Shown: positions 31,003 to 41,235 of the stretch, piece after piece | How the letters are laid out: every line of letters begins with the position of its first letter | How positions within the stretch are numbered: the stretch's first letter is position 1 | Source: Candidatus Omnitrophota bacterium | Lineage (GTDB): Bacteria; Omnitrophota; Omnitrophia; Omnitrophales; Aquincolibacteriaceae | Direction of reading: 5' to 3' | Assembly: GCA_016930235.1 (NCBI GenBank) | Contig: JAFGHI010000038.1 | Location: 34,211 to 98,210 of the forward strand | DNA length: 64,000 nt | Notes under the pieces: model-generated | Databases searched by the model: none | What the model was told of the DNA's origin: nothing | What the model saw: only the letters and a program-made list of their open reading frames with translations | Translations under genes and position numbers: made by a program

Positions 31003-33069
31003 CTAGGATTTACCGTCTTGAAAAGTCGCTTGAAACTTATTGACGATCTTCTCGGCGATCCCCATATGCAGTTCTTGAATTTCCTCAGAGATCAAGGTAC
31101 GTTCCGGCGATTGATAGGTTACCCGATAAGCCAAGTTCTTGCATCCCTTGGGCACCCTTCCTCCCCGGAAGAGATCAAAAAGTTCCACGCGGCAAATCAA
31201 TCCTTGGCCATGCGACCAGATTTCACTTTCGATGTCTCCGGATTTACATGTTTCCCGGACGGTGATCGAAAAATCCCTTTCGATTGCCGGGTAACGCGGC
31301 AATTCTTTAACGGGACGAATCCATCGTACAAATTTAAAGATTCTTTCCAAGGACAACTCCGCCACAAAAACAGGGCGATCAAGATCCCAAAGGTTCCTTA
31401 TCTTCTCATTAATTTCTCCCAAAAAACCTATTTTTCCCCCGTCGATCAAAACCTGTTCAGCCATCGAATCTTTCAAGAACGATTTACGTGCCGGAACATA
31501 GGAAATTGGTTCAATTCCCAAGACATTTAAATAAGCCGTTATCATCCCTTTCAAATCATGAAACGTTATTTCCCGTTGGGCATCCAGCCAGCTTTTTTCA
31601 CGCCACGTTCCGCACACAGCCAATCCGAGGGTCTTCTCCTCGCACGGATGATTGGCTCCCTTAGGCACGGCATATAAATTCGCAATCTCATAGATTGCGA
31701 TCCTGCGGGCACCTAGATGATCATTTTTGCGGATGACCGTCAAAAGGCTTGGAGCCATCACCGGCCTCATCCAGCACAATTCCTGATGTTGCGGATTAAT
31801 AATCGATACTGCCTGATTCAAATCCTCTTGGGCATCCAGACCCTGCTCGGAAATCAAACTGAAGGTCACTGTTTCCGAAAACCCATTGCCGGTAAAAAAA
31901 GCCCGGGTCTTTTCCTGGACCTTCAGCCTTGGATTTTCACTTGCATGCAAGGCTTCGCGTGCCGGCAACGTTTCGGGAATCTGGTCATACCCGTAAATCC
32001 TCGCGACTTCTTCAATCAAATCAATAGGACGGCTAAGATCCGAACGAAAAGAAGGGATCTTAACATTCCATTTGTCCTGCGAATCCTTTTTGACATCAAG
32101 ACCGAGCCGTGTCAAGGAAGAGGCCACCTGATGTGACTTCAGTGTCATCCCTAAGCAGCTTTCAATTTGTGCAAGCGACAGATGAATGCGCGATTTTGAA
32201 ACCGTTGGCCTTTGTCCCGCTTTTAAGACTCCGCTAATAAACCGAGGCTTGGCATACTGCTTAATTAAATCAAGCGCCCGTTCCCGACCATAATCAACAC
32301 CTTCCGGGTCGACACCTCTTTCAAAACGATATGAGGATTCGCTCGTAAGTCCGTACCGAAGTGAAGTCTGGCGTACCCATCTCGGATGAAAATAGGCTGA
32401 TTCCAAAATAATGTTACGCGTCCTTTCATTAACTTCCGTATCCAACCCTCCCATCACACCCGCAAGCGCTATGGTTTTCTCACCGTCCGCAATCACTAAA
32501 TCCTGTTGTTTTAAAATGATCGCGGATCCATTTATCGCCGTAAAATTTTCTTCCACTTTAGCGCGGCGTATCTGAATTTCTTTACCCTTGAGGAGATCCG
32601 CATCAAAAGCATGAAGTGGCTGTCCAGTTTCGAGGAGCACATAATTCGTAATATCAACAAGAAGACTGATCGATCTCAATCCGCAAGCCATCAACCTTTC
32701 CTTCATAAATGGCGGCGTCTGGACACCCTCGATTCCTTCGATATAAACACCCGTATAATAGGGGCACCCTTCGGCTTCTTTTAACGATAATTTCCAACCG
32801 GCGGGCATGGCACGATTACTCGGCAATTGGATATCCGGAATATTCAGCGATAAATTCTCGACCGCAGCAATCTCGCGTCCGACCCCAATATGGGACAACC
32901 AATCGGGGCGGTTGGTCGTGACCTCCACCTCAAAGATGGTGTCTTTCAGGTCGTCGATTTTTTCGACCTTCTTCACCTCAAGTCCCGCCATGGTCAGCCG
33001 TTCGGCAATCCGCTCAAGTGGCGGCGTTAGCTTGACAAAATCTTTTAACCACTGTGTGCTGACTTTCAT
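31003..33069 (-). CDS. pheT: Phenylalanine-tRNA ligase beta subunit (bacterial, short form).
   Basis: B3/B4 and B5 domains are present, and its position downstream of pheS gives a conserved operon. Confidence 0.85.
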   Translation of the reverse strand: MKVSTQWLKDFVKLTPPLERIAERLTMAGLEVKKVEKIDDLKDTIFEVEVTTNRPDWLSHIGVGREIAAVENLSLNIPDIQLPSNRAMPAGWKLSLKEAEGCPYYTGVYIEGIEGVQTPPFMKERLMACGLRSISLLVDITNYVLLETGQPLHAFDADLLKGKEIQIRRAKVEENFTAINGSAIILKQQDLVIADGEKTIALAGVMGGLDTEVNERTRNIILESAYFHPRWVRQTSLRYGLTSESSYRFERGVDPEGVDYGRERALDLIKQYAKPRFISGVLKAGQRPTVSKSRIHLSLAQIESCLGMTLKSHQVASSLTRLGLDVKKDSQDKWNVKIPSFRSDLSRPIDLIEEVARIYGYDQIPETLPAREALHASENPRLKVQEKTRAFFTGNGFSETVTFSLISEQGLDAQEDLNQAVSIINPQHQELCWMRPVMAPSLLTVIRKNDHLGARRIAIYEIANLYAVPKGANHPCEEKTLGLAVCGTWREKSWLDAQREITFHDLKGMITAYLNVLGIEPISYVPARKSFLKDSMAEQVLIDGGKIGFLGEINEKIRNLWDLDRPVFVAELSLERIFKFVRWIRPVKELPRYPAIERDFSITVRETCKSGDIESEIWSHGQGLICRVELFDLFRGGRVPKGCKNLAYRVTYQSPERTLISEEIQELHMGIAEKIVNKFQATFQDGKS

Positions 33070-34043
33070 CGGAATTGCCTCAAAAATCTTAAATCGTTCT
33101 CATAAAATAAACGGATATCGGGAATGCCATGTCGAAGCATCGCAATGCGTTCAACCCCCAAACCAAAGGCAAAACCTTGAACCTTTTTTGAGTCATAGCC
33201 GACCGCGTCAAAAACATTGGGATCCACCATCCCTGCGCCCAAGATTTCAAGCCATCCCTTTTTGCCCCAGCGAATGTCGACTTCAACGCTCGGCTCCGTA
33301 AACGGGAAAAAATGCGGTCGAAACCTGATTTTGGTCTCTTTGCCAAAAAACTCCCGGAAAAATAAATGTAAAACACCCTTTAAATCGCTAAAGGTCGTTT
33401 TGTCATCCACCATCAACCCTTCAATTTGATGAAACATAAACGAATGGCTCGCATCCACTGTGTCGGGACGGTAGACCCTCCCCGGCGCGATGAGGCGCAG
33501 AGGCGGCTTACGATCCTGCATGATGCGAATCTGAACTGTGGAAGTTTGGGATCGAAGAAGCTGTTTACCGGCAGTATAAAAAGTGTCGAAAGAATCCCTG
33601 GACGGATGATCTAGAGGGATATTCAAGGCGGTAAAATTGTGAAACTCCGTTTCAATTTCAGGCCCGTCGACTATTTCGAAACCCAGCTTCTCAAACACTT
33701 TGATGATTTCTAAAATAGTTTCATTAATCGGGTGGAGCGTTCCCACGGACGGAATAATACCGGGCAAGGTTTCATCAAAAGATTCCTTCTCGCCAGATTG
33801 CCCCTCAAAACGGCCTTTTAAATTCTGAACGGACTCTTCAAGAAATTTTTTGAGTTGATTGACTTCGCGGCCGAATTCTTTCTTACCTTCACCCTCCAAC
33901 GTCTTAATCTGCATCATCAACGCTTGGAGTTTTCCCTTGCGGCCTAGGTAGAGAACGCGGAAACCTTCTAAATCCTCCGCCGACTGAATCTGGCCGAGTT
34001 TCTCTTGTGCTTCCCGCTCAATTTCTTTTACGGTTGAAATCAT
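33066..34043 (-). CDS. pheS: Phenylalanine-tRNA ligase alpha subunit.
   Basis: Class II aaRS motifs are present (FPFTEPS, GAGMVDPNV), with a 4-nt overlap with pheT. Confidence 0.9.
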   Translation of the reverse strand: MISTVKEIEREAQEKLGQIQSAEDLEGFRVLYLGRKGKLQALMMQIKTLEGEGKKEFGREVNQLKKFLEESVQNLKGRFEGQSGEKESFDETLPGIIPSVGTLHPINETILEIIKVFEKLGFEIVDGPEIETEFHNFTALNIPLDHPSRDSFDTFYTAGKQLLRSQTSTVQIRIMQDRKPPLRLIAPGRVYRPDTVDASHSFMFHQIEGLMVDDKTTFSDLKGVLHLFFREFFGKETKIRFRPHFFPFTEPSVEVDIRWGKKGWLEILGAGMVDPNVFDAVGYDSKKVQGFAFGLGVERIAMLRHGIPDIRLFYENDLRFLRQFR

Positions 34044-34090
34044 GCCACACTCACTACCCTCTTGGCCGCCATTTATGATGGCGTAAAAAA

Positions 34091-34462
34091 CTAGGCTTTC
34101 GTTGTTTTCTTTTCGGATTGACTCACGAGCTTCACAATCTCTTGAAAAGCAGATTCGTCTCGCACTGCAATCTCAGCCAATGATTTGCGGTCAAGCGTTA
34201 CATTCGCGCGCTTTAAGTCCGCCATAAACCGTGAATAGGTCGTATGGGCCCGCCGGCATGCCGCATTGATGCGGGCATTCCATAAACGACGGAACTGCCG
34301 CTTCCTTTGCTTCCTATCGCGGGTTGCAAAAGCCATCGCCCGAATCACTGTTTCTTTGGCCGTCCGGTAGAGCTTTCTCCGTCCGCTAAAAAAACCTTTT
34401 GCCCTTTTGAAAATTTTCTTACGCCGCTGTTTTGACGCTGGCGTATTGGTTACTCTCGGCAT
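34091..34462 (-). CDS. rplT: 50S ribosomal protein L20.
   Basis: The N-terminus is basic (MPRVTNTPASKQRRKKIFKRAKGF). Confidence 0.9.
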   Translation of the reverse strand: MPRVTNTPASKQRRKKIFKRAKGFFSGRRKLYRTAKETVIRAMAFATRDRKQRKRQFRRLWNARINAACRRAHTTYSRFMADLKRANVTLDRKSLAEIAVRDESAFQEIVKLVSQSEKKTTKA

Positions 34463-34536
34463 ATCTCACTCCTTTTCCTTCCTAATAAATTCGTATTAAA
34501 AACATTCCGCAAAATCACGACCGCGAACAAACCTGT

Positions 34537-34737
34537 CTACCGGTTGTAAGGCAGAAGCATCGCAATATGCTTGCGGTTCGAATCGCCTATTTTCAGACTC
34601 CGTCGTGACTGTCTTTTCTTCTTCGGCGAACGATCCACCATCATATGGCGGCGTAGTGAACGTTTCGCGAGAACTTTTCCCTTCTTGGTAATCCTGAATC
34701 TCTTTTTTACTGCTTTATTCGTTTTCATCTTTGGCAT
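34537..34737 (-). CDS. rpmI: 50S ribosomal protein L35.
   Basis: The sequence begins MPKMKTNKAVKKRFRITKKGKV. Confidence 0.9.
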   Translation of the reverse strand: MPKMKTNKAVKKRFRITKKGKVLAKRSLRRHMMVDRSPKKKRQSRRSLKIGDSNRKHIAMLLPYNR

Positions 34738-34848
34738 ATTTATCTTCCTTATTTCGTCATTAATCGATTGCCCGACATTCCTTCCAACCGAGACACAAAT
34801 GGCCCTTTCGGGCCATCCGTAATCTTAACACTTCAACTTCGATGCCCT

Positions 34849-35391
34849 TTATTTCTTCGGCTTGCTTTGCGGCATCAAAAAAAGATGTATGGCATTCCCT
34901 TCAAGACCCTGATTGCGTTCGACAGTTCCCACATCCGAGATATCTTCCAGAAACCGATCGATCAGCTTCTTTCCAATATCAGCATGAGTTATCTCCCGGC
35001 CACGGAAGAATAGAGTCAACTTCACTTTATCTCCCCGTTCAAGGAACTTACGCGCATTTCTTAATTTCGTTTGATAATCGTGCTCCTCGATCTTCGGGGT
35101 CATTTTAACTTCCTTGACCACAATCAGTTTTTGTTTTTTTCTCGATTCCTTCTCCTTCTTGCTAAGCGTATAAAGGTACTTTCCCAAATCCATGATGCGA
35201 CAAACCGGCGGATTCGCTTCCGGCGCAACTTCCACAAGATCCAAACCCGCTTCTTGCGCAAGTCTTAAACCTTCCCGAGGGGTAACAACTCCAACTTGCT
35301 GACCATCACCGCTGATTAACCTGATCTGAGGTACCCTTATTCCCTCGTTAGCTCTCACCTTTTTCGCTAAACTATTTTTATCGTACGCCAA
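34849..35391 (-). CDS. infC: Translation initiation factor IF-3.
   Basis: The segment IRVPQIRLISGDGQQVGV is present. The start is TTG (the track's M) with an AAGGAGG Shine-Dalgarno 4 nt upstream, and an in-frame TAA lies just upstream. A non-AUG start is typical for infC. Confidence 0.85.
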   Translation of the reverse strand: MAYDKNSLAKKVRANEGIRVPQIRLISGDGQQVGVVTPREGLRLAQEAGLDLVEVAPEANPPVCRIMDLGKYLYTLSKKEKESRKKQKLIVVKEVKMTPKIEEHDYQTKLRNARKFLERGDKVKLTLFFRGREITHADIGKKLIDRFLEDISDVGTVERNQGLEGNAIHLFLMPQSKPKK

Positions 35392-35424
35392 TGAACCTCC
35401 TTTTGCTTCCAGGCAACATCTGCT

Positions 35425-37158
35425 TTATTGTTTACGTTGATCTTCTTCTTGAAGACGCTTGATGATGCTCTCAAGCGGTTGACTGCCTAAATCCTTGCGG
35501 CCCCGCTGGCGCACGGCAACCTGTCCCGATTCAGCTTCCCGGTCACCCACCACAAAAACATAGGGTATCTTCTGTAATTCCGCCTGACGGATCTTATATC
35601 CGATTTTTTCGTTTGAGAAATCCCTCTCCAGTCTCAAGCCTGATTTTTCAATCTCGAGCGCGTATTTCTCTGCCGCCGCCACATGCTTTTCAGAGATCGT
35701 CAATAATCGAACCTGCACGGGCGCCAGCCATAACGGAAATGCCCCCGCATAGTGTTCGATCAAAATTCCGTAGAATCGTTCAATCGATCCGAAGACGGCC
35801 CGATGAACCATGACAGGGCGCTTCTCTTGATTGTCCGGCCCGATATAGCTTAAACCAAAACGTTCGGGCATCTGAAAATCTAATTGAATCGTCCCGCATT
35901 GCCATTCACGGCCGATCGAATCGGTAATTTCAAAATCAATCTTGGGTCCGTAAAAAGCACCGCCGCCTTCATTGACCCCATATTCAATTTTATTATGATC
36001 TAAAGCCGCTTTTAAGCTGGAAATGGCTTTCGTCCAGATCTCGTCACTTCCCATCGATTCTTTGGGTTTTGTGGAAAGCCCGATTTTGATTTCCTGAAAC
36101 CCAAAAGTTCGGTAAATCCTTAAAACTAACGCAATACACTTGGAGATCTCCCCCTCGATTTGATCTTCCGTACAGAAGATGTGAGCGTCATCAATCGTAA
36201 AGGCATTGACCCGGAATAAACCGTGCAAAACACCGGAGCGTTCACGACGGTGCACCATCCCAAGCTCCGCTAACTTCAACGGTAAATCTCGATATGATTT
36301 TTGGGAACTCCGATAAACCAGGGTGCACCCGGGACAGTTCATGGGTTTTACCGCAAAAGTTCCTTCATCGACCTCCGAAAAGAACATGTTCTCTTTATAA
36401 TGATCATAATGGCCGCTTTGTTTCCAAAGATCATCCTTCAGCATCGTTGGCGTGCGAATCTCCAAATACCCCTCCGCCTCATGCTCATCACGCCAATAGC
36501 GGATCAAATTATCGTAGAGGATTCTTCCCTTGGGATGATAAAAAGGCATTCCGGGGGCTTCAATGTGAAAACTGAAAAGGTCTAATTGCTTACCCAGCTT
36601 ACGGTGATCCCTCTTTTTGGCTTCTTCCAGCCTCGTCAAATAGGCATCCAGTTCCTTTTCGGAATAGAAGGCGGTCCCGTAAATCCGCTGCAGCATCTTA
36701 TTATTTTCATTCCCCCGCCAATAAGCTCCCGCAACGGAAAGCAGCTTGACTGCCTTCACATCACTCGTCTTCTCAACGTGATTACCCCGACAAAGATCAA
36801 TAAATGAACCGTGTTGCACCAGGCTGATTTGCTGGTCCGCGAAACTTTCGATCAGTTCCAGCTTATAAGGCTGATTTCTTTCCCGAAAATATGCCGAAGC
36901 TTCTTCGCGCGCCACGAAACGCTGTTCAAACTTATGGCCCTCAGCAATGATTTGCTTCATGCGAGCTTCTATCCTCGCTAAATCCTCATCCGTAAATGCC
37001 TCTTCCCGTTCAAAATCATAATAGAAACCATCCTTGATCGGAGGGCCTATTGCAAAGTTTGTTCCCGGGAAAAGTTCAAGAACGGCATGGGCCAAGATGT
37101 GAGCAGCCGAATGACGAAGGCGATGAAGCGCCTCAGGACTGGACTTAACCATTACCAT
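35425..37158 (-). CDS. thrS: Threonine-tRNA ligase, N-terminally short (577 aa). It begins at the HxxxH editing-domain motif and has no TGS domain.
   Basis: The N-terminus is HRLRHSAAHILAHAV, and the class II catalytic core and anticodon-binding domain are present. It heads the thrS-infC-rpmI-rplT-pheST cluster. Confidence 0.85.
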   Translation of the reverse strand: MVMVKSSPEALHRLRHSAAHILAHAVLELFPGTNFAIGPPIKDGFYYDFEREEAFTDEDLARIEARMKQIIAEGHKFEQRFVAREEASAYFRERNQPYKLELIESFADQQISLVQHGSFIDLCRGNHVEKTSDVKAVKLLSVAGAYWRGNENNKMLQRIYGTAFYSEKELDAYLTRLEEAKKRDHRKLGKQLDLFSFHIEAPGMPFYHPKGRILYDNLIRYWRDEHEAEGYLEIRTPTMLKDDLWKQSGHYDHYKENMFFSEVDEGTFAVKPMNCPGCTLVYRSSQKSYRDLPLKLAELGMVHRRERSGVLHGLFRVNAFTIDDAHIFCTEDQIEGEISKCIALVLRIYRTFGFQEIKIGLSTKPKESMGSDEIWTKAISSLKAALDHNKIEYGVNEGGGAFYGPKIDFEITDSIGREWQCGTIQLDFQMPERFGLSYIGPDNQEKRPVMVHRAVFGSIERFYGILIEHYAGAFPLWLAPVQVRLLTISEKHVAAAEKYALEIEKSGLRLERDFSNEKIGYKIRQAELQKIPYVFVVGDREAESGQVAVRQRGRKDLGSQPLESIIKRLQEEDQRKQ

Positions 37159-37508
37159 ACTACGAAACGATCCATTTGCATTAAATCTTTCCCACCTAAC
37201 CTTAGTAGCCGCGTATTGTACAATCTCTTCACTCTCGACGCAACCTTTTTCAAGGGGATGAGTTAGAGCAAAGCCCTTAAAGAATTAGATTTCTATTTTA
37301 TCGCGGATGCTTGCGCATATCTCTTCGGTCAGATGGCTATGTATCATGGCACACATAAGGTGTGCAAGTTCGACACATAGGAAACAATCATACATAATTC
37401 GCAAATTACGTATCCCATTGTCATCCATAGTGTTACGAAAACAGAAAAGTTGGCATATTTAATGAATTATTTTGAATTGGATAACAAAAAATTAAGGAGG
37501 AAAAAGCC

Positions 37509-37967
37509 ATGAACCTGATGCGAAGAAACAACAAAAATGAATGGTTAGACCCTTTCAGCTTCCTGACCTCACTGCACGACGACCTTGATCGATTTTTTGC
37601 AGTACCGGTTTTACGATCAAGGGGAGAAATCACTCCGCTCGTCCCGCAGATTGATGTTGAGGAAGATGCCAATAACTACGTTTTGCGTGCCGATATTCCC
37701 GGAATTAAGAAAGAAGAGCTCGATATTTCGGTTCAGGGAAATCGCCTCACACTAAGAGGTGAGCGAAAGCACGAAAGGGAAACCAAAAAGGACAAAAACT
37801 ATTACCACTGCGAAAGATATTATGGGAATTTTGAGCGGACCTTCGAATTCCCTGAAGATATCAATCCAAGCGTTATCAAGGCCAATTACAAAGACGGCGT
37901 TTTGGAAATCGCAGTGCCGAAAAGCGAGGAGAAGAAACCAAAGCAAATTAAGGTCGACATCAATTAA
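37509..37967 (+). CDS. Small heat-shock protein (Hsp20/alpha-crystallin).
   Basis: An alpha-crystallin domain is present (..ADIPGIKKEELDISV..GVLEIAVPK), with a strong AAGGAGG Shine-Dalgarno upstream. Confidence 0.85.
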   Translation: MNLMRRNNKNEWLDPFSFLTSLHDDLDRFFAVPVLRSRGEITPLVPQIDVEEDANNYVLRADIPGIKKEELDISVQGNRLTLRGERKHERETKKDKNYYHCERYYGNFERTFEFPEDINPSVIKANYKDGVLEIAVPKSEEKKPKQIKVDIN

Positions 37968-37976
37968 ATGAGCATT

Positions 37977-38042
37977 GGGGATATCTTCTTCGTCGGATTT
38001 GACAAGATCATCAAAATCGATTGTATTATCGAAGATATCCCC
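37977..38042 (+). promoter_or_regulatory. Perfect 12-bp inverted repeat GGGGATATCTTC...GAAGATATCCCC. It encloses a sigma70-like motif (TTGACA then about 17 nt then TATTAT-like) between the two Hsp20 genes.
   Basis: Read directly in the sequence. This is a candidate operator or thermoregulatory hairpin for the downstream hsp20. Confidence 0.4.
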
Positions 38043-38112
38043 GGCTGCATTGAAAAACCCTCGCCCCATCCCCCATCAATGTCCAAAACAGTTTCTCGAT
38101 TGAAAAGGAGGG

Positions 38113-38820
38113 ATGAACATGACAACCGAACATTCCGATAAAAAAATGAAGACGCTTTACGGAGTCATCGTGCTCCTGCTTCTGGCCATTGTTGTTGAAA
38201 CAGGCATTTTAATCCAACAGCAACGGACAGGATCCGAAGCAAAGTCGGATCAGCAAGTATCCGTGGAACGCGGGCTTGAGCCATCTCGAACACCCGTTTC
38301 GCATCCGGCAAATTCCAAAAGGCAAAATTATTCACCTATGCAACGTTTTTACCAACGCTCAGGGGATCCTTACTGGGACGATCCGTTTGCGATTGCCAAA
38401 CAAATGCAAAGCCGGATGGACCAGCTCATGAGCTCGCTCATGACCTACCGTCCATCGTTTGGAACAAGCCTCGATGACACGTTTGACTTTTCTCTCGCCA
38501 TCGACCTTGAAGATACAAAGGATGCCTATATTATCCGAAGCGATATACCCGGCCTTGAAAAAGACAAGATCAATATCACCGTTCAAGACAATCTTTTGAC
38601 GATTCAAGGAATCCGGGAAAGTGTATCGCAAACGGAAAATGATCAAAGCGGGTATTTCGCTCAAGAAAGAAGCTATGGGTCTTTCTCAAGGAGCATCAAT
38701 CTTCCGGGCCCAGTGGATGACACAAACATCAACGCGAAGTATGAAAACGGTGTGCTTGTAATAACATTGCCCAAAGCAGATCGGGAGGATACTCGCATGA
38801 AAAAAGTGAGCATCCAATAA
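38113..38820 (+). CDS. Membrane-anchored Hsp20-family protein: an N-terminal TM helix, a linker, then a C-terminal alpha-crystallin domain.
   Basis: A hydrophobic stretch LYGVIVLLLLAIVVETGILI is followed by ..SDIPGLEKDKINITV..GVLVITLPK. The start is probably the second ATG at 38119. Confidence 0.75.
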   Translation: MNMTTEHSDKKMKTLYGVIVLLLLAIVVETGILIQQQRTGSEAKSDQQVSVERGLEPSRTPVSHPANSKRQNYSPMQRFYQRSGDPYWDDPFAIAKQMQSRMDQLMSSLMTYRPSFGTSLDDTFDFSLAIDLEDTKDAYIIRSDIPGLEKDKINITVQDNLLTIQGIRESVSQTENDQSGYFAQERSYGSFSRSINLPGPVDDTNINAKYENGVLVITLPKADREDTRMKKVSIQ

Positions 38821-38838
38821 CAATAAATGATTGAAATC

Positions 38839-38876
38839 GGCCCCCATCCGGTTTAAGATGGGGGCCTTCTTTTTCC
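38839..38876 (+). terminator. Intrinsic terminator after the hsp20 pair.
   Basis: The structure is ggcccccatc-cggtttaa-gatgggggcc followed by ttcttttt. Confidence 0.8.
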
Positions 38877-38887
38877 AGAAATTCCAC

Positions 38888-38964
38888 GGGCGGTTAGTTC
38901 AGCTGGTTAGAACGCTTCCTTGACATGGAAGAGGTCAGAGGTTCGAGTCCTCTACCGCCCACCA
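38888..38964 (+). tRNA. tRNA-Val (anticodon GAC), with CCA encoded.
   Basis: The 5' half GGGCGGTTAGTTCAGCTGGTTAGAACGC is followed by anticodon arm CTTCC-TTGACAT-GGAAG, T-arm GGTTCGAGTCC and acceptor CCGCCC-A-CCA. Confidence 0.85.
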
Positions 38965-39069
38965 CCACTGAAATAGTTTCACACCTTCAAAACCACATAT
39001 CCATGACGCAATACCCGTACCTTGAGGACTCGAAGGGAGCCGCTGATCCACCAGTGACTTTGTTTGAAT

Positions 39070-39696
39070 TCAGACATTTCCGCAATTAGATTTTAAAAGA
39101 TATTTTTCTAATAGCTCTCTTGTCTTTTTGAGGGCTTTAGCGCGATGCGATACCTTGTGTTTTAATTCGGCCGGAACCTCGCCGAAAGTCTTTCCATAAG
39201 GCGGATAGTAGAAAATAGGATCATAACCAAACCCATGGGACCCAGCCGCACATGAATGAACATACCCATGAACTTCTCCCGAAACAATACCAATCAGGCC
39301 ACCGGGCTCAGCGATGGCTACAGCCGATTTAAAATAGGCCCCTCGTTTATCATTGGGAACGTCTCGAAGAAGATCCAGGACTTTTTGATTGTTTTCAGCA
39401 TCATTCTTAGCTGGACCTGCAAACCGAGCGGAATAGACCCCTGGGGCCCCCTTCAAGGCTTTGCAACAGAAACCGGAATCCTCACCCAGCGTCAGAAGCC
39501 CCGTTTGTTTGGCATAACCTAGGGCCTTCATTTCTGCATTTTCCTCAAAAGTTTCACCATTCTCTTCGGCTTCCTCGTAAGAAGGAAGATCCCCCAGACA
39601 AACGAGTCTGAGATCGAGCGAAGACAAAAGCGTCTCAAGCTCTCTGAGCTTTTTCTTGTTCGTCGTCGCAACGAGAAGTTTTCGGGCAGGACTCAT
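39070..39696 (-). CDS. rdgB: Non-canonical purine NTP pyrophosphatase (Ham1/RdgB).
   Basis: Matches through the motifs [10 protein letters not shown] and SHRAKAL. Confidence 0.85.
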   Translation of the reverse strand: MSPARKLLVATTNKKKLRELETLLSSLDLRLVCLGDLPSYEEAEENGETFEENAEMKALGYAKQTGLLTLGEDSGFCCKALKGAPGVYSARFAGPAKNDAENNQKVLDLLRDVPNDKRGAYFKSAVAIAEPGGLIGIVSGEVHGYVHSCAAGSHGFGYDPIFYYPPYGKTFGEVPAELKHKVSHRAKALKKTRELLEKYLLKSNCGNV

Positions 39697-40415
39697 GACG
39701 GTAAACGGACATATTTTTTCTGAATCACGATAAGTTCATCAATCCCTTTTTTCGCTAAAGTCAGCATGCCGTCCAACTCCTTCTTCGAAAAAGGATTATT
39801 TTCGGCCGTCCCCTGGATTTCGATGAATTCACCTGATCCGGTCATCACAACATTCATATCCACTTCGGCATTCATATCTTCCGCATAACAAAGATCCAGC
39901 ATCGGTTTTCCGTTAACCATCCCAACGCTTACCGCCGCGACATAATCCATGATTGGCGAAGCCGCCAAACGGTCGCATTTGATGGCCTTGTTCACGGCAT
40001 CGGCTAATGCAACAAATCCGCCTGTAATGGCCGCTGTTCTTGTCCCGCCATCTCCTTGAATGACATCGGCATCGATCCAAAAGGCCCGCTCACCGATTTT
40101 GTCAAAATTCACAACGGCTCGGAGGCTTCTTCCGATAAGCCGCTGAATTTCATGGGTTCTTCCTGAAGGTCTTCCCTTGGAAGCTTCCCTCGGAACCCTT
40201 TCGGTACAAGAAGCCGGCAACATCCCATATTCCGCCGTGAGCCAGCCCTTCCCCTTGCCCCTTAAAAACTGAGGCACCCTTTCTTCCAAACTGGCCGTAC
40301 AAAGAACTTTGGTCTCTCCCATTTCAATCAAGCAGGAACCCAACGCATTCTTAAGATACCCCTTTCGAATCACGACTTTTCTCAGATCATTGCTTTTTCG
40401 CTTGTCCGCTCGCAA
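39693..40415 (-). CDS. rph: Ribonuclease PH.
   Basis: The sequence runs [14 protein letters not shown]...[17 protein letters not shown], and the gene overlaps rdgB by 4 nt. Confidence 0.9.
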   Translation of the reverse strand: MRADKRKSNDLRKVVIRKGYLKNALGSCLIEMGETKVLCTASLEERVPQFLRGKGKGWLTAEYGMLPASCTERVPREASKGRPSGRTHEIQRLIGRSLRAVVNFDKIGERAFWIDADVIQGDGGTRTAAITGGFVALADAVNKAIKCDRLAASPIMDYVAAVSVGMVNGKPMLDLCYAEDMNAEVDMNVVMTGSGEFIEIQGTAENNPFSKKELDGMLTLAKKGIDELIVIQKKYVRLPS

Positions 40416-40425
40416 AGTAACCCTC

Positions 40426-41235
40426 CTATCTAATTTTTAGAATTCGATGAAGTCGGGGAACCACACGGATATCCCGTATCCATTTCGCACCGAAACTCTG
40501 CAAAGATTGTAACATCGACATCAACTCCGGGTCTTCATGCCCTTCCGAGCCGGACGTGGAAACCGGTTGCAGAATCACAGGAACTTGTATTTCCGCTACG
40601 GCTATCATTCGAATTAGCCTTTCATAATTTTCGAACTGAAGATCCCGAGAAATAGCCAGTTTAATCAAAACGTTTTTGGCGCGCGCAACCTCAAGAAACC
40701 GCTTATGTTCCACCATCCAATCTTCTGTGCCCGAAACACAGCTCAACTTCATATCCATCGCAATGCAATCGCAATCTTGAATAATTTGCGCGAGTGCTTG
40801 CCATAAAACACCATTGGTCTCCAAATAAATCTTATGTCCCCGTTCTTTAAGTTCAGGAATAAGCCTTTTCAAAAATTCAAGCTCGCAAAGAGGCTCACCG
40901 CCGGTAAGACTCACATAAGCATGCGGCCCGCTTGCTGATTCGAGTCTCTCAACTTCCTCCAAAACTTCTTGAAGCGTCCACTCTCGCCCCTTCTTATTCT
41001 TCTCATCGCAATAAACACAGTCAAGATGACAGCCTTCAAAACGGATGAACAGATGCCGCTGCCCAACGTAGACACCCTCACCCTGAAGTGAGGAAAAGAT
41101 TTCCGATATTCTAGTCTTAAGATAAGATTCTTGCGCTAACATCACTGATCTGAGGATCTTCCAATCCTGCACCCCCAAAGCCTTTTTGTCGCAACCGGCA
41201 AGAGTCACAAACCCCGCAAGGCCTCTCTTTGCCAA
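40426..41235 (-). CDS. queE: 7-carboxy-7-deazaguanine synthase (radical SAM).
   Basis: It has [10 protein letters not shown] and the CxxxCxxC cluster [13 protein letters not shown]. The likely start is MLAQESY at about 41142, which still overlaps the queC 3' end. Confidence 0.8.
   Translation of the reverse strand: MAKRGLAGFVTLAGCDKKALGVQDWKILRSVMLAQESYLKTRISEIFSSLQGEGVYVGQRHLFIRFEGCHLDCVYCDEKNKKGREWTLQEVLEEVERLESASGPHAYVSLTGGEPLCELEFLKRLIPELKERGHKIYLETNGVLWQALAQIIQDCDCIAMDMKLSCVSGTEDWMVEHKRFLEVARAKNVLIKLAISRDLQFENYERLIRMIAVAEIQVPVILQPVSTSGSEGHEDPELMSMLQSLQSFGAKWIRDIRVVPRLHRILKIR

Noticed and set aside
37159-37440. Possible T-box leader upstream of thrS (a GGTTAGGTGGGAAAG segment resembling the T-box core).
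   Set aside because: There is only a partial GGTGG match, no recognisable specifier-loop or antiterminator arrangement, and no terminator hairpin before the ATG.
38965-39069. Possible mobile-element junction at tRNA-Val.
   Set aside because: There is no integrase, no direct repeat of the tRNA 3' end, and the flanking genes (hsp20, rdgB-rph) are ordinary housekeeping genes.
41117-41235. Apparent 119-nt overlap of queC and queE, suggestive of a frameshift.
   Set aside because: queE most plausibly starts at the internal MLAQESY (about 41142), which leaves only a short overlap typical of translational coupling, and both proteins have intact termini.
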